64,000 nucleotides of DNA from Pelagibacteraceae bacterium AG-313-A04 (GCA_003284275.1 QBVU01000005.1:955-64954), one strand, 5' to 3'. Positions 10,299 to 21,034 are shown, counted from the stretch's first letter. The notes: generated from the sequence alone by a model not told the origin. Numbers and translations are program-made.

Positions 10299-12974
10299 TT
10301 AATTAGCTAACATATTTCTTAAAACATACTGGAGTATTCCGCCATTTTTATAATATACAACTTCATTTGCTGTATCAATTCTGCAAAGCATTTGAATTTT
10401 TTTACTAGTCCCATCTTTATATTTAATTTCACAAGTAACTTCTTGTCTTGGTTTTACGCCTTTATCAATATCAACAACTGAAACTAATTCTGCACCAGTT
10501 ATATTTAATTTTTTACGATCAAAACCCTCTTTAAATTGAAGAGGTAAAACTCCCATTCCAATCAAATTTGATCTATGAATTCTCTCAAAACTCTCTGCTA
10601 AAACAGCTTTAATTCCTAAAAGTTTGGTTCCTTTGGCTGCCCAATCCCTTGATGAACCTGTTCCGTATTCTTTTCCAGCTATTACAACTAAATCGTTGTT
10701 TCTTTTTTTGTATTCCATTGCAGCTTCGTAAACGCTCATAACTTTTCCATCTGGCTGTAACTTTGTAAATCCACCTTCAGTGCCTGGTGCCATTTCATTT
10801 CTTATTTTAATATTTCCAAATGTTCCTCTCATCATTACTTCATGGTTTCCTCTTCTCGCACCATATGAGTTAAAATCTTTTTGTTGTATTTGATGCTTCA
10901 TGAAATAATCACCCGTTGGACTTTCTTTTTTTATACTTCCAGCTGGTGAAATATGATCCGTTGTTACTGAATCAGCTAACAATAAAAGAATTCTTGCATC
11001 ATTAATTGGTTTAAATCCCTCTGGTTTATCAGGTAAATCATCAAAGAATGGTGGTTTTTTTACATATGTTGAATTTGTTTCCCAATTATAAATATCGCTA
11101 TCTGTTGTATTAATAGCCTGCCATTCTTTAGGTCCTTCTGAAACATTTGAATATCTTTGTTTGAACATATCTGCATTTAAAGAACTTAACATTAAATCTT
11201 CAATCTCTTTATTACTAGGCCAAATATCTTTTAAGAAAACATCTTTTCCATCTTTATCTTTTCCAAGAGCAGACTTATACATATCAAAATTCATGTTACC
11301 AGCTAGAGCATAAGCAACAACAAGCGGAGGGGAAGCTAAGTAATTAGCTTTTACATCTGGATTAATTCTTCCTTCAAAGTTTCTATTTCCAGATAAAACT
11401 GAAACAGCGTAAAGATCGTTTTTATTTATAGCATCTGATATATTTTGATTTAGAGGTCCAGAGTTACCAATACATGTAGTGCAGCCATATCCCACTAAAT
11501 TAAAACCAAGTTCATCTAAATATTTATTTAAACCAGCTTTTTCCAAATAGTCTGTTACAACTTGTGAGCCAGGAGCTAATGAAGTTTTTACCCATGGTTT
11601 AATTTTAAGTCCTTTTTCGTAGGCTTTCTTCGCTAAAAGACCTGCACCAATCATAACGCTTGGGTTAGAAGTATTTGTGCAAGATGTTATTGCCGCAATT
11701 ACTATATCACCATCTTTAACATTAAAGTCAGTGCCTTCAACTTTGGCTTCGATAGCTTTATCTCTTTTTGCATTTTCTTTATAAACTTTTGCGAACGCAG
11801 TTGAAGCCTCGGTAAGTAAAACTTTATCCTGTGGTCGTTTAGGTCCGGAAATGCTTGTTACTACACTGCTAACATCTAAAGAAAGAATATCGGTAAATAC
11901 AACATCATTGCTTGCCCAAAGCCCTTGTTCTTTTGAATATTTCTCCACCAAATCGATTGTTGCTTTATCCCTTCCAGATAATTTTAAATATTTAAGAGTT
12001 TCATCATCTACTGGAAAAAAACCACATGTAGCTCCATATTCAGGAGCCATGTTTGCAATTGTTGCTCTATCAGCTAAAGTTAAATTTTTTAAACCTTCAC
12101 CATAAAATTCTACAAATTTTCCAACCACACCTTTTTTTCTAAGCATTTCAACAATGACTAAAACTAAGTCTGTTGCAGTTGTTCCTTCTTTTAATTTTCC
12201 TTTGAGTTCAACTCCAACAACTTCTGGAATTAACATTGATATAGGTTGACCTAACATTGCGGCTTCGGCCTCTATACCGCCAACACCCCAACCTAAAACA
12301 GATAAACCATTGACCATAGTAGTATGACTATCAGTTCCAACTAAAGTATCTGGATAAGCATATAAATCATTTCCACTTTTTGATGACCAAACAACTTTAG
12401 ATAAATATTCTAAATTTACCTGGTGACAAATCCCTGTGCCAGGAGGCACAACCCTAAAATTATCAAATGCTTTTTGTCCCCACTTTAAAAAAGAGTATCG
12501 TTCACCGTTTCTTGAAAATTCTCTTTCAACATTTTGATTAAAAGATTTTCCTGAAGCATACTCGTCAACCATTACAGAATGATCTATAACTAAATCTACT
12601 GTTGATAATGGATTAATCTTATCTGGATTTTTATTTTTATTTTTTACCGCATCTCTCATTGCTGCAAGGTCTGCAATAGCAGGAATTCCTGTATAATCTT
12701 GTAATAAAGTCCTTGCTGGCCTGTAAGCTATTTCTGTGTTTGATTTTTTATTTTTAAGCCAATCTTTTAAAGCTAATATTTGTTTTTTATCAACAGTTAC
12801 ATCATCTTCATATCTAAGAAGATTTTCTAATAATACCTTTAGTGATTTAGGAAGTTTTGATATTCCTTCTAGTCCATTTTTTTCTGCTGTCTTTAAGTTG
12901 AAATATTTAAAATCTTTTCCTGATGAATTAAGAGTATCGAGTGATTGAAAAGAATTTTTACTATTAAATTTCAT
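10299..12974 (-). CDS. acnA: Aconitate hydratase A
   Basis: GTDSHTTM, ITSCTNTSNP, GYGCTTCIGNSG, YGTGSSRDWAAKG. Confidence 0.98.
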   Translation of the reverse strand: MKFNSKNSFQSLDTLNSSGKDFKYFNLKTAEKNGLEGISKLPKSLKVLLENLLRYEDDVTVDKKQILALKDWLKNKKSNTEIAYRPARTLLQDYTGIPAIADLAAMRDAVKNKNKNPDKINPLSTVDLVIDHSVMVDEYASGKSFNQNVEREFSRNGERYSFLKWGQKAFDNFRVVPPGTGICHQVNLEYLSKVVWSSKSGNDLYAYPDTLVGTDSHTTMVNGLSVLGWGVGGIEAEAAMLGQPISMLIPEVVGVELKGKLKEGTTATDLVLVIVEMLRKKGVVGKFVEFYGEGLKNLTLADRATIANMAPEYGATCGFFPVDDETLKYLKLSGRDKATIDLVEKYSKEQGLWASNDVVFTDILSLDVSSVVTSISGPKRPQDKVLLTEASTAFAKVYKENAKRDKAIEAKVEGTDFNVKDGDIVIAAITSCTNTSNPSVMIGAGLLAKKAYEKGLKIKPWVKTSLAPGSQVVTDYLEKAGLNKYLDELGFNLVGYGCTTCIGNSGPLNQNISDAINKNDLYAVSVLSGNRNFEGRINPDVKANYLASPPLVVAYALAGNMNFDMYKSALGKDKDGKDVFLKDIWPSNKEIEDLMLSSLNADMFKQRYSNVSEGPKEWQAINTTDSDIYNWETNSTYVKKPPFFDDLPDKPEGFKPINDARILLLLADSVTTDHISPAGSIKKESPTGDYFMKHQIQQKDFNSYGARRGNHEVMMRGTFGNIKIRNEMAPGTEGGFTKLQPDGKVMSVYEAAMEYKKRNNDLVVIAGKEYGTGSSRDWAAKGTKLLGIKAVLAESFERIHRSNLIGMGVLPLQFKEGFDRKKLNITGAELVSVVDIDKGVKPRQEVTCEIKYKDGTSKKIQMLCRIDTANEVVYYKNGGILQYVLRNMLAN

Positions 12975-12977
12975 GCG

Positions 12978-13571
12978 CTATACATAGAACAAAATCACAC
13001 AAACGATAAGTAAAAAAGACATTGTATAATTAAAATTCTTAATAAATTTATCACTTGTGGCGAATTTTCTCATGTATTTTCCCATCAAACACCAGCCCGT
13101 TTGACTTCCAACAGCCATTAAAAACCAAAGAATGGTTAAAACAATTGAGTCTCTTAAATAATTATTTTCCGTATCAACAAACAGAGATATCGAGGTAAGG
13201 CCAACAATAATACTTTTAGGATTTACGAATTGAAAAAAGAAAGTATTTATAAAAGTAACTGGCTTTGGATCAAGTTTTTTATCTTTAGTTTGACCGCCAA
13301 AAGATAACTTGTACGCCATGTACAAAAGATAAATTGAACCTAAAACTTTAATTATAGTTTGTATTAATTGATATTTTTGAAAAATAGAGACTGATCCAAG
13401 TTGCAATAATATTATTAAAAGTGTCCATCCGATAATGACGCCTAACATAGTAGGAATAGCTTTTCTGACACCAAAATTAAAAGCCGTGTAAGATGTCATG
13501 ATATTATTCGGTCCAGGTGAAAAGGCTGTCGCGATCCCAAAAAGGATCATGGGAAATAATTGAGATGTCAT
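12978..13571 (-). CDS. LysE/RhtB family translocator
   Basis: SPGPNN motif, GSIYLLYMAYKL, QFVNPK. Confidence 0.88.
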   Translation of the reverse strand: MTSQLFPMILFGIATAFSPGPNNIMTSYTAFNFGVRKAIPTMLGVIIGWTLLIILLQLGSVSIFQKYQLIQTIIKVLGSIYLLYMAYKLSFGGQTKDKKLDPKPVTFINTFFFQFVNPKSIIVGLTSISLFVDTENNYLRDSIVLTILWFLMAVGSQTGWCLMGKYMRKFATSDKFIKNFNYTMSFLLIVCVILFYV

Positions 13572-14012
13572 TTAATGGGGTGCTCTAAATCTATTATGAC
13601 AAGCTGAACAATTGCTCCACATTAATTTTTTTTGAATTGCACCAAGATCATCAGCTGTATCTATTGCCTTTGCAAGTTTGAGCATGTCATCTGATGCTTT
13701 TTGCATTAGAGCGTTAAATTCATCTTTATTTTCCCAAATACTAGGTAGCGCTTCTGTTTTGAAACCCTCCTTAGTATTTTCCGGAAAGTAATCTAAAAGT
13801 TTTTTATAATTATTTGAAATTTTTTTCATTAAAGGTTTGGCTTCTTCTTTTTTACCGGATCTAAGCAAAATAGAAATTTTCTTACCATTTTGATAATTTT
13901 CACTAAACATTGCTTTTCTTCCTATAATAATTTCTTCAACACTTTGAGCATAAACAAATGTTGAACCAAAAATAAAAGCAAATGTGGTAATTAGTAATTT
14001 GAATTTTTTCAT
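13572..14012 (-). CDS. Cytochrome c' / c556 (class II)
   Basis: Signal peptide, TEALPSIW, C-terminal CSACH heme motif. Confidence 0.9.
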   Translation of the reverse strand: MKKFKLLITTFAFIFGSTFVYAQSVEEIIIGRKAMFSENYQNGKKISILLRSGKKEEAKPLMKKISNNYKKLLDYFPENTKEGFKTEALPSIWENKDEFNALMQKASDDMLKLAKAIDTADDLGAIQKKLMWSNCSACHNRFRAPH

Positions 14013-14031
14013 AAATTGTTAGAATACCAGT

Positions 14032-14562
14032 ATGCAAGTTTTTAATAGTTTTGGCAAATATGGTCTATTAGCTAAATTGTTTCACTGGATTACTTTTGTT
14101 ATCCTTATACTTCAAATACCATTTGGTTTTTACTTAGTAGGCCTAGAGTTTTCAGATCGAAGGATTGACCTTGAAAATATTCATATACTTATAGGGATAA
14201 CAGTTTTTTATATTACTTTATTTAGATTAGTTTGGAAATTTTTCAACTCAAGTCCAACTGAAGGGAATAGTTTTTTTAAAGGTCAAATTTTCATTGCTAA
14301 AGTAAATCATTTTTTACTCTATTTAAGTATTTTCACTATTACTATTTCAGGAATTTTAAAAAAACTTTATATGGGAGAGAGGCTTAATTTTTTATTTTTT
14401 AAATATGGATTTAATCAAGATAATTTTACATTAGCAGATACTTTTTATGAAGTTCATATCTACGCAAACTATCTCTTAATAGCGCTAGTAACTTTACATA
14501 TCTTTGCTGTTATTATCCATCATGTTGTTTTTAAAGATAAAATTTTAAATAAAATTACTTAA
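14032..14562 (+). CDS. Cytochrome b561 family (di-heme) protein
   Basis: Y..LAKLFHW, H..G, H...A..L..LVTLHI; 4 TM; divergent from cytochrome c'. Confidence 0.85.
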   Translation: MQVFNSFGKYGLLAKLFHWITFVILILQIPFGFYLVGLEFSDRRIDLENIHILIGITVFYITLFRLVWKFFNSSPTEGNSFFKGQIFIAKVNHFLLYLSIFTITISGILKKLYMGERLNFLFFKYGFNQDNFTLADTFYEVHIYANYLLIALVTLHIFAVIIHHVVFKDKILNKIT

Positions 14563-14996
14563 TGACAAGCTTCGTTGTACTTTTTTAATCTCCAGTAATT
14601 GTAAGGCCAAGGTGTTACAAAACCAACGGCTAACATTATTGGAATTACCCGCCAAGTTAAAATTGCTCCACCTGTTAAAAAATAATCAGTAGCGTTCATT
14701 GCAATTTCCATACTCACCATCGAAATTAAACTCATACCTACAGCTGTTTTAAAAGCTTGTTTAAAAGAAAAATTCTGTCTTAATAAAATTATAGTTTCTA
14801 AAATAATACTTGTAATAATACCGTTGATAATAGCTAAAACCATTATTGCTAATACTGGAAAAGGAATTTTGGTTAATTGAAAAAATAAAATAGTCCCAAA
14901 GTCACCTATCGAACATCCAAGTAAGCACCAAAATGTATTCTTTGCACTTCTTGACCAAGTGTGTTTACAGCTCCAACTAAATGTTTTAGAACTCAT
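14559..14996 (-). CDS. DUF4396-like membrane protein
   Basis: TFWCLLGCSIGD, SMVSMEIAMN, PWPYNYWRL. Confidence 0.75.
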   Translation of the reverse strand: MSSKTFSWSCKHTWSRSAKNTFWCLLGCSIGDFGTILFFQLTKIPFPVLAIMVLAIINGIITSIILETIILLRQNFSFKQAFKTAVGMSLISMVSMEIAMNATDYFLTGGAILTWRVIPIMLAVGFVTPWPYNYWRLKKYNEACH

Positions 14997-15331
14997 TATG
15001 CAATATCTAAACCATTATCAGTTTTCTGAGATGGGTGCACTAAGACAACTTTTCCATCTTTTTCAATAGCTCCAAGCACTAAAACTTCTGATACAACGCC
15101 AGCTATATTCTTTGTTGGGAAGTTACAAACTCCTATCACTTGTTTGCCTACTAAATTTTCAGCATTGTAGTAATGGGTAATTTGAGCTGAAGATTGTTTA
15201 ATTCCAATCTCTTTTCCAAAATCAACTTTAACTACTAAAGATGGTTTCCTAGCTTTTTCATTTTTTTTTACCTCTAAAACAGTGCCAACTTTAATCTGCA
15301 CTTTCTTAAAATCATCATAAGTTATTTCCAT
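14996..15331 (-). CDS. csaA: tRNA-binding / chaperone protein CsaA (Trbp111 family)
   Basis: ITYDDF..V.IKVG, SSAQIT, CNFPTKNIAG..SEVLVLG. Confidence 0.88.
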   Translation of the reverse strand: MEITYDDFKKVQIKVGTVLEVKKNEKARKPSLVVKVDFGKEIGIKQSSAQITHYYNAENLVGKQVIGVCNFPTKNIAGVVSEVLVLGAIEKDGKVVLVHPSQKTDNGLDIA

Positions 15332-15350
15332 AATTTCCTTTCTATAAATA

Positions 15351-15375
15351 AAAAAGGGGGCCTAAGCCCCCTTTT
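15351..15375 (-). terminator. Intrinsic terminator downstream of livJ1 (A/T tracts on both sides)
   Basis: aaaaaGGGGGcctaagCCCCCtttt hairpin. Confidence 0.85.
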
Positions 15376-15395
15376 AAATTAGTTAAGCAATTGAT

Positions 15396-16499
15396 TTATA
15401 GTTCTTTGTATTTACCTTTGCTCCACTCATAAAATACATAACCTGGTAAGCTCACGTCACCTTTTCTGTCAAAGCTTAGTGAACCGATAACAGTATCAAA
15501 CTTACCTTTTTTCATTACTTTAAGCACTTTAGCAGGATCGTTTGTTCCAGCTTGCTTAGCAGCTTGTTCGAATACTTGCAACGCAGCGTATGAATAAAGA
15601 ACATAACCTTCTGGCTCAATACCAGCAGCTTTAAATTCTTTTACAACACTTGCAGCAGCAGGATTATTTCTTGGATCTGGAGAGAAAGTCATCAACGTAC
15701 CTTCACCTGCATTTCCTGTGATATCCCAATACTCAGCTGTAACTAATGCGTCACCGCTGATTAATTTAGTTTTCATACCTTGATTTCTCATTTGTCTTAC
15801 GATCAAACCACCTTCTGTGTGGTAACCACCAAGATATACTGCATCAATGTTATTTGATTTTAGTTTTGAAACTAAAGCAGAATAGTCTTTTTCACCTGCT
15901 GTATAAGCTTCGTACATAGTGTCTTTAAGGCCAGCTTTCTTCATGTTTTTTCTAGTCGCGTCTGCTAAACCTTTTCCGTAAGCAGTTTTATCATGAAGGA
16001 TAGCTACTTTTTTACCTTTGTAGTTTTCAGCTAAGAATTTACCAGCAACTTCACCTTGCTGATCATCTCGACCACAAACTCTAAAAGTATATTTACCACC
16101 TTTATCCGTTAACGCTGGATTTGTTGAAGCTGGTGAAACTTGAATAATTCCTTCTTCATTGTAAACCGCAGAAGCTGGAATTGAAGAACCAGAGCAGAAG
16201 TGACCTGCAACGTAAGCTACACCTTGACCAGCAAATTTGTTGGCTACAGCAACAGCTTGTTTAGGATCGCAAGCGTCGTCTCCGATTTCTAATTTAACTT
16301 TCTCACCATTAATTCCACCTTTTTTATTAACGTGTTTTAACCACATTTCAGCACCAGCTTTTAACTGAGCACCAAATGAAGCGTACTGACCTGACATAGG
16401 TCCAGCAGAAGCAACAACAACGTCAGCTTTAGCTGACACTGTCGCAAGCATTAATGTTCCGGCAATTAATGAAAGAAGTTTATTGAACGTTCTAAACAT
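15396..16499 (-). CDS. livJ: LIV-type ABC transporter substrate-binding protein
   Basis: Signal peptide, GPMSG, DDACDP, GHFCSGSS, CGRDDQQG, HDKTAYGKG. Confidence 0.92.
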   Translation of the reverse strand: MFRTFNKLLSLIAGTLMLATVSAKADVVVASAGPMSGQYASFGAQLKAGAEMWLKHVNKKGGINGEKVKLEIGDDACDPKQAVAVANKFAGQGVAYVAGHFCSGSSIPASAVYNEEGIIQVSPASTNPALTDKGGKYTFRVCGRDDQQGEVAGKFLAENYKGKKVAILHDKTAYGKGLADATRKNMKKAGLKDTMYEAYTAGEKDYSALVSKLKSNNIDAVYLGGYHTEGGLIVRQMRNQGMKTKLISGDALVTAEYWDITGNAGEGTLMTFSPDPRNNPAAASVVKEFKAAGIEPEGYVLYSYAALQVFEQAAKQAGTNDPAKVLKVMKKGKFDTVIGSLSFDRKGDVSLPGYVFYEWSKGKYKEL

Positions 16500-16565
16500 A
16501 TTATTTCCCTTTGTTGTTAATTAATTAATTATTGATATTGAACACCTTAATTACAATCTTGTAAA
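16500..16565 (-). promoter_or_regulatory. Putative sigma70 promoter plus conserved SBP leader (TTAATTAATTAAC) of livJ1
   Basis: TTTACA(16565-16560)-17nt-TTCAAT(16542-16537); TTAATTAATTAAC at 16528-16516; SD AAAGGGAAA. Confidence 0.55.
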
Positions 16566-16577
16566 TATGAAAAAAAC

Positions 16578-17297
16578 TTAATTTTTTGCCCCACCTTCAA
16601 GGTAAGCAGCTTGTATATCTTTATTTTTGAGCAACTCTTGACCGGAACCCTTAATGGTCACTTTGCCATTGACTAAAACGTATGCTCTGTCTGCAAGCTC
16701 CAAAGCTTTTTTAGCATTTTGTTCAACTAAAAAGATAGTAACATTTTTTTCTTTATTAATATTTTTTATTGAAACAAAAATTTGATTAACTAATTTAGGT
16801 GCTATTCCAAGTGAAGGTTCATCTAATAAAAGCACTTTGGGTTTACTCATTAGTGCTCTTCCAATAGCTAACATTTGCTGTTCTCCGCCAGAAAGTGTTC
16901 CGCCTCTTTGAGTTTTTCTATCACTTAATACAGGAAATAAATCATAAACTTCCTTAATATCATTTTCAAAAAACTTCCCTTTTTCGTTGGCATGAGCTCC
17001 TAATCTTAAATTCTCTTCAACAGTTAATCTTGAAAAAATTCTTCTTCCTTCTGGTACTTGGCAGATACCCATATCAACAATTTTGTGAGGCTGTTTATTT
17101 TCAATATTTTCACCGTTGAAAACTATATTTCCTCTTTTAGCTTTATTAACACCACTAATAGTCATTAGCAAAGTAGATTTACCTGCTCCGTTAGATCCAA
17201 TTAAAGAAACAATTTCACCATCATTCACATCAAGATCAACTCCTCTCAAAGCTTGTATCTTCCCGTAAAATGTTTCGACATTAGAAATTTTGAGCAT
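16578..17297 (-). CDS. livF: LIV-type ABC transporter ATP-binding protein
   Basis: GSNGAGKST, LSGGEQQ, LLDEPSLG, LVEQN. Confidence 0.93.
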   Translation of the reverse strand: MLKISNVETFYGKIQALRGVDLDVNDGEIVSLIGSNGAGKSTLLMTISGVNKAKRGNIVFNGENIENKQPHKIVDMGICQVPEGRRIFSRLTVEENLRLGAHANEKGKFFENDIKEVYDLFPVLSDRKTQRGGTLSGGEQQMLAIGRALMSKPKVLLLDEPSLGIAPKLVNQIFVSIKNINKEKNVTIFLVEQNAKKALELADRAYVLVNGKVTIKGSGQELLKNKDIQAAYLEGGAKN

Positions 17298-18088
17298 TAT
17301 TCATCTGCTCCTAGGTAGGCTTCGATAACCTCTTTGCTATTTTTAGTTTGATCAGCTGTTCCTTCAAATATCTTTTTGCCATAGTTTAAAACAACAACGT
17401 GATCAGAGATCCCCATTACTACGCTCATATCATGTTCAATTAATAAAATTCCTGTTTGTTTTTCTGTTTTGATAAATTTTAATAATTTATTCAATTCAGC
17501 TGACTCTTTTGGATTTAATCCTGCGGCTGGTTCATCTAAGCACAATAACCTTGGTTCAATACACATTGCCCGAACAATTTCTAATTTTCTTTGATCGCCA
17601 TAAGGCAGGTCTCCAGCATTATCATCTGCTCTATGAGTTAAGCCAATAATATCTAACCAGTATTTTGCTTTATCAACTGCTAGCTGTTCTTTATCTCTAT
17701 AGGTCTTAAGATTAAGTAAACCAAATAAAGAATAACCTGAAGCAACCATTAATTCATTATGTTGAGCAACTAACAAGTTTTCAAGAACTGACATTGCTGG
17801 AAACAGTCTAATGTTTTGAAAAGTTCTAGCTACCTTAGCTACATAAGCTATTTTAAAGTCTGTATATTTTCTCAATGAAATTTTGCTGTCCTCTTTGTGT
17901 AAGAACATTTGACCATTGGTAGGCTTATAAAATCCGGTCAAACAATTAAATACAGTAGTTTTTCCGGCACCGTTAGGTCCTATGATAGAGGTAATTTGAT
18001 TATTTTTTGCATCAAAACTTAAATCATCAATTGCAGTCAAACCACCAAACTTCATTGTCAAATTTTCTACTGATAATAAATTGTTCAT
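17297..18088 (-). CDS. livG: LIV-type ABC transporter ATP-binding protein
   Basis: GPNGAGKTT, RTFQN, LPYGDQRKLE, IEHDM. Confidence 0.93.
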   Translation of the reverse strand: MNNLLSVENLTMKFGGLTAIDDLSFDAKNNQITSIIGPNGAGKTTVFNCLTGFYKPTNGQMFLHKEDSKISLRKYTDFKIAYVAKVARTFQNIRLFPAMSVLENLLVAQHNELMVASGYSLFGLLNLKTYRDKEQLAVDKAKYWLDIIGLTHRADDNAGDLPYGDQRKLEIVRAMCIEPRLLCLDEPAAGLNPKESAELNKLLKFIKTEKQTGILLIEHDMSVVMGISDHVVVLNYGKKIFEGTADQTKNSKEVIEAYLGADE

Positions 18089-19353
18089 TTCTTATCTCCG
18101 TGCATAAGAATAGTTGGCTTTCTATTTGCTAATATTCCTTTTGGTTTAAACACCATAATTAAAACCATCGCTCCACCAAAAGCGATCATCCTATATTGCT
18201 CTAAGTCTCTAAACATCTCTGTAATTCCGATTAAGAAAATTGATGCAAGAACTACTCCGGTTTGTGAGCCCATACCACCTAATACAACTATAGCTACAAT
18301 GATTGCGGACTCAATAAATGTAAAACTTTCTGGACTTATAAATGCTTGTCGTGTCGCAAAAAATGAACCAGCGAAACCACCAAACATAGCACCGATTGCG
18401 AAAGCAGTAAGTTTTGTATTTGTAGGATTTACACCTAAAGATTTGCAAGCGATCTCGTCTTCCCTTAAAGCCTCCCAAGCTCTACCTACAGGAAGTTTTC
18501 TTATCTTTAGCGTAAAGTAATTTGTTATTAAGGCTAATACTAAAATTAAATAGTATAAAAATATTATTCGGTGCATTGTTGAATATTCAAGATTGAAAAA
18601 CAAATGAAAACTTGTTTCCCCTTCATCTGGAGATCTTTTAAAAGGTAATCCAAAAAATGATGGTCGTGGTATTCCAGTGATACCATCAGGTCCATTAGTT
18701 ACTTCATACCAATTAATTAAAATTATTCTTATAATTTCTCCAAATCCTAAAGTAACAATCGCAAGATAATCTCCTCTTAATCTTAAAACAGGGAAGCCAA
18801 GTAAAATTCCAAAAAAAGCTGCAAACACTCCTGCTAAAGGTAAACAAATCCAAAATGACCAACCAAAAGTAGTTGCAATTAAGGCATATGAATATGCACC
18901 AACTGCATAGAAGGCTACATAACCTAAATCGAGGAGACCTGCTAAACCAACTACGATATTTAAACCCCAACCAAGCATGATGTAAGTTAAAATCATTATA
19001 GCAACATCCATAAAGTATCTGTCGGTAAAAGGTAGAAATGGAAACACAACAGCAAATAAGATTGCAGTAATAGCAAAGTGTTTTGCTTTGTCTTCAGTTA
19101 TCGCTGAAAACTTAGATGTAAACTTTGAAAAAAAAGTAATTTCAGTTTTTCTAGCAGAATTTAAATTAATTAAAAATCTTCCTAAAATACAAAGTCCAAC
19201 TAATAAAAAAACTATTCCCCATTGAGGGGTGATAAATAAACCTTCTCCTTTAGATGCGGTTCTAAGACCAACTATCGGGCCGAATAAAGCTAAAGCAATT
19301 AAGCCTGTAAATAAACTATCTTTAAAAGATTGAATGATATCTTTCTTTTCCAT
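18085..19353 (-). CDS. livM: LIV-type ABC transporter permease
   Basis: GLNIVVGLAGLLDLG, LRLRGDYLAIVTLGFGE. Confidence 0.93.
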   Translation of the reverse strand: MEKKDIIQSFKDSLFTGLIALALFGPIVGLRTASKGEGLFITPQWGIVFLLVGLCILGRFLINLNSARKTEITFFSKFTSKFSAITEDKAKHFAITAILFAVVFPFLPFTDRYFMDVAIMILTYIMLGWGLNIVVGLAGLLDLGYVAFYAVGAYSYALIATTFGWSFWICLPLAGVFAAFFGILLGFPVLRLRGDYLAIVTLGFGEIIRIILINWYEVTNGPDGITGIPRPSFFGLPFKRSPDEGETSFHLFFNLEYSTMHRIIFLYYLILVLALITNYFTLKIRKLPVGRAWEALREDEIACKSLGVNPTNTKLTAFAIGAMFGGFAGSFFATRQAFISPESFTFIESAIIVAIVVLGGMGSQTGVVLASIFLIGITEMFRDLEQYRMIAFGGAMVLIMVFKPKGILANRKPTILMHGDKK

Positions 19354-20264
19354 TAAACTTTCTCGATATCAGGTTTTCCAAGAAATCCAGTTGGAAAGAA
19401 AATTAAAACTACAATTAATACGCTAAAGGCTGCAACATCTTTATATTCAAGTGAAACATATCCAGCCCAGAAGGTTTCTATAAGTCCGATTAACAAGCCA
19501 CCTAACATTGCTCCGGGCAATGATCCAATTCCTCCTAACACTGCTGCAGTAAAAGCTTTTATTCCAGCTAAGAACCCAATGTAAAAATCAATTACGCCAT
19601 AATAAAGCACGAACATCATTCCAGCTACCGATGCTAATGAGGAGCCAATTATAAATGTTATAGATATTGTTCTATCTACATTTATTCCTAACAACGCAGT
19701 CATTGTTCTGTCTTGTTCGCAAGCTCTTTGAGCTCTTCCTAGATCTGTCTTAGTAATTAAATATGTAAAAATTCCCATTAATATGATTGTTAAAACGACT
19801 ATGAAGATTTGAAGATAGCTTACTGTAACAACAAACTCGGAACCTTTAAAAAATTCTAAACCGCCAGAAATTAATGGTTGCATAGGTTTTACTCTAGCTC
19901 CTTGAGCAACTTGAACATAGTTTTGTAATACAATTGACATACCTAAAGCAGAAATAAGTGGAGCTAATCTGAAAGATCCTCTTAATGGTTTGTAAGCTAA
20001 TTTTTCAACTGTCCATCCATAACAAGCTGTGAAAAGCATAGCTATTAGTAAAACTAAAAGTAAAATTACTGGCAATGCTACTCCTGTTAAGCCGAAGATT
20101 ATGAATGAAATTAAAGCAACAAAAGCCCCGATCATAAAAATGTCACCGTGAGCAAAGTTAATCATTCCAATAATTCCATAAACCATAGTATATCCAATTG
20201 CGATGAGTCCATAGATCGAACCTAAAGTAATTCCATTAACTAATTGTTGTATAAAATATTCCAT
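19353..20264 (-). CDS. livH: LIV-type ABC transporter permease
   Basis: QQLVNGITLGSIYGLIAIGYTMVYG, INFAHG, KAFTAAVLGGIG. Confidence 0.93.
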   Translation of the reverse strand: MEYFIQQLVNGITLGSIYGLIAIGYTMVYGIIGMINFAHGDIFMIGAFVALISFIIFGLTGVALPVILLLVLLIAMLFTACYGWTVEKLAYKPLRGSFRLAPLISALGMSIVLQNYVQVAQGARVKPMQPLISGGLEFFKGSEFVVTVSYLQIFIVVLTIILMGIFTYLITKTDLGRAQRACEQDRTMTALLGINVDRTISITFIIGSSLASVAGMMFVLYYGVIDFYIGFLAGIKAFTAAVLGGIGSLPGAMLGGLLIGLIETFWAGYVSLEYKDVAAFSVLIVVLIFFPTGFLGKPDIEKV

Positions 20265-20267
20265 GAT

Positions 20268-21032
20268 TTACTTACTTACTCTTTTGTTCACGTTTTCAAG
20301 AGCTTTGGAGAACTTAGTAAAGAATTTTCCTTTTTTCAATTCATTAAGAACCTGCATATTTAAGCCTTTTGGTGTTTGTGAGTCCGCTACGAGTTTTTTA
20401 AACCCTTGAGATGATTTATTTAAAGCATCTTGACTTAAAGCTAAAAATAATTCAGCTATATACGTGTCAGCAAGTCTTTTGTTAATACCTTTTTTACTTA
20501 ACCATTTAGAACTCGTATTAAGTATCTCATAATATGTTGCCATTAAAGAAGCAGTAGACCAAAACTTATAGCTCAGTTTTTCATTTCTTACTTCTAGAAC
20601 TTGCCCTAAATGTTTAAAAATATTCTCAGCAAATTTACTTGGTGGACAAACTATAACTGGTCCTTTTTTAATTTCAATTGGAGGTAAAGGTATAACTCTT
20701 GCAATATTTTTATTCTTTGTAATTTTTTTGAGTTTATCTAAATTGATTGTCGAAATAAGACTTATTATTTTTTTATTTTTTGAAAATTTCAATTTAGGTA
20801 ATATTTTATTGCCAACATTAGGCGTCACACTCAATAATACTATTGAAGACTTATCTATTATTTCTTGATTATTGTTTAATACTTTTATTTTTCTATAACT
20901 TTTAGCTAGTTTTTTAGCTATGTTTCTATTTCTTGAAGATATATAAATTCTTTTAATTTTAAGCTTTGATTTAAAAATACCAAAAATAATTGATGATGAA
21001 ATTTTACCAGTACCTATAAATCCTAAAATCAT
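20268..21032 (-). CDS. proC: Pyrroline-5-carboxylate reductase-like protein
   Basis: GFIGTGKI Rossmann motif and C-terminal QTPKGLN resembling ProC TPGG; divergent member. Confidence 0.7.
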   Translation of the reverse strand: MILGFIGTGKISSSIIFGIFKSKLKIKRIYISSRNRNIAKKLAKSYRKIKVLNNNQEIIDKSSIVLLSVTPNVGNKILPKLKFSKNKKIISLISTINLDKLKKITKNKNIARVIPLPPIEIKKGPVIVCPPSKFAENIFKHLGQVLEVRNEKLSYKFWSTASLMATYYEILNTSSKWLSKKGINKRLADTYIAELFLALSQDALNKSSQGFKKLVADSQTPKGLNMQVLNELKKGKFFTKFSKALENVNKRVSK

Positions 21033-21034
21033 GA

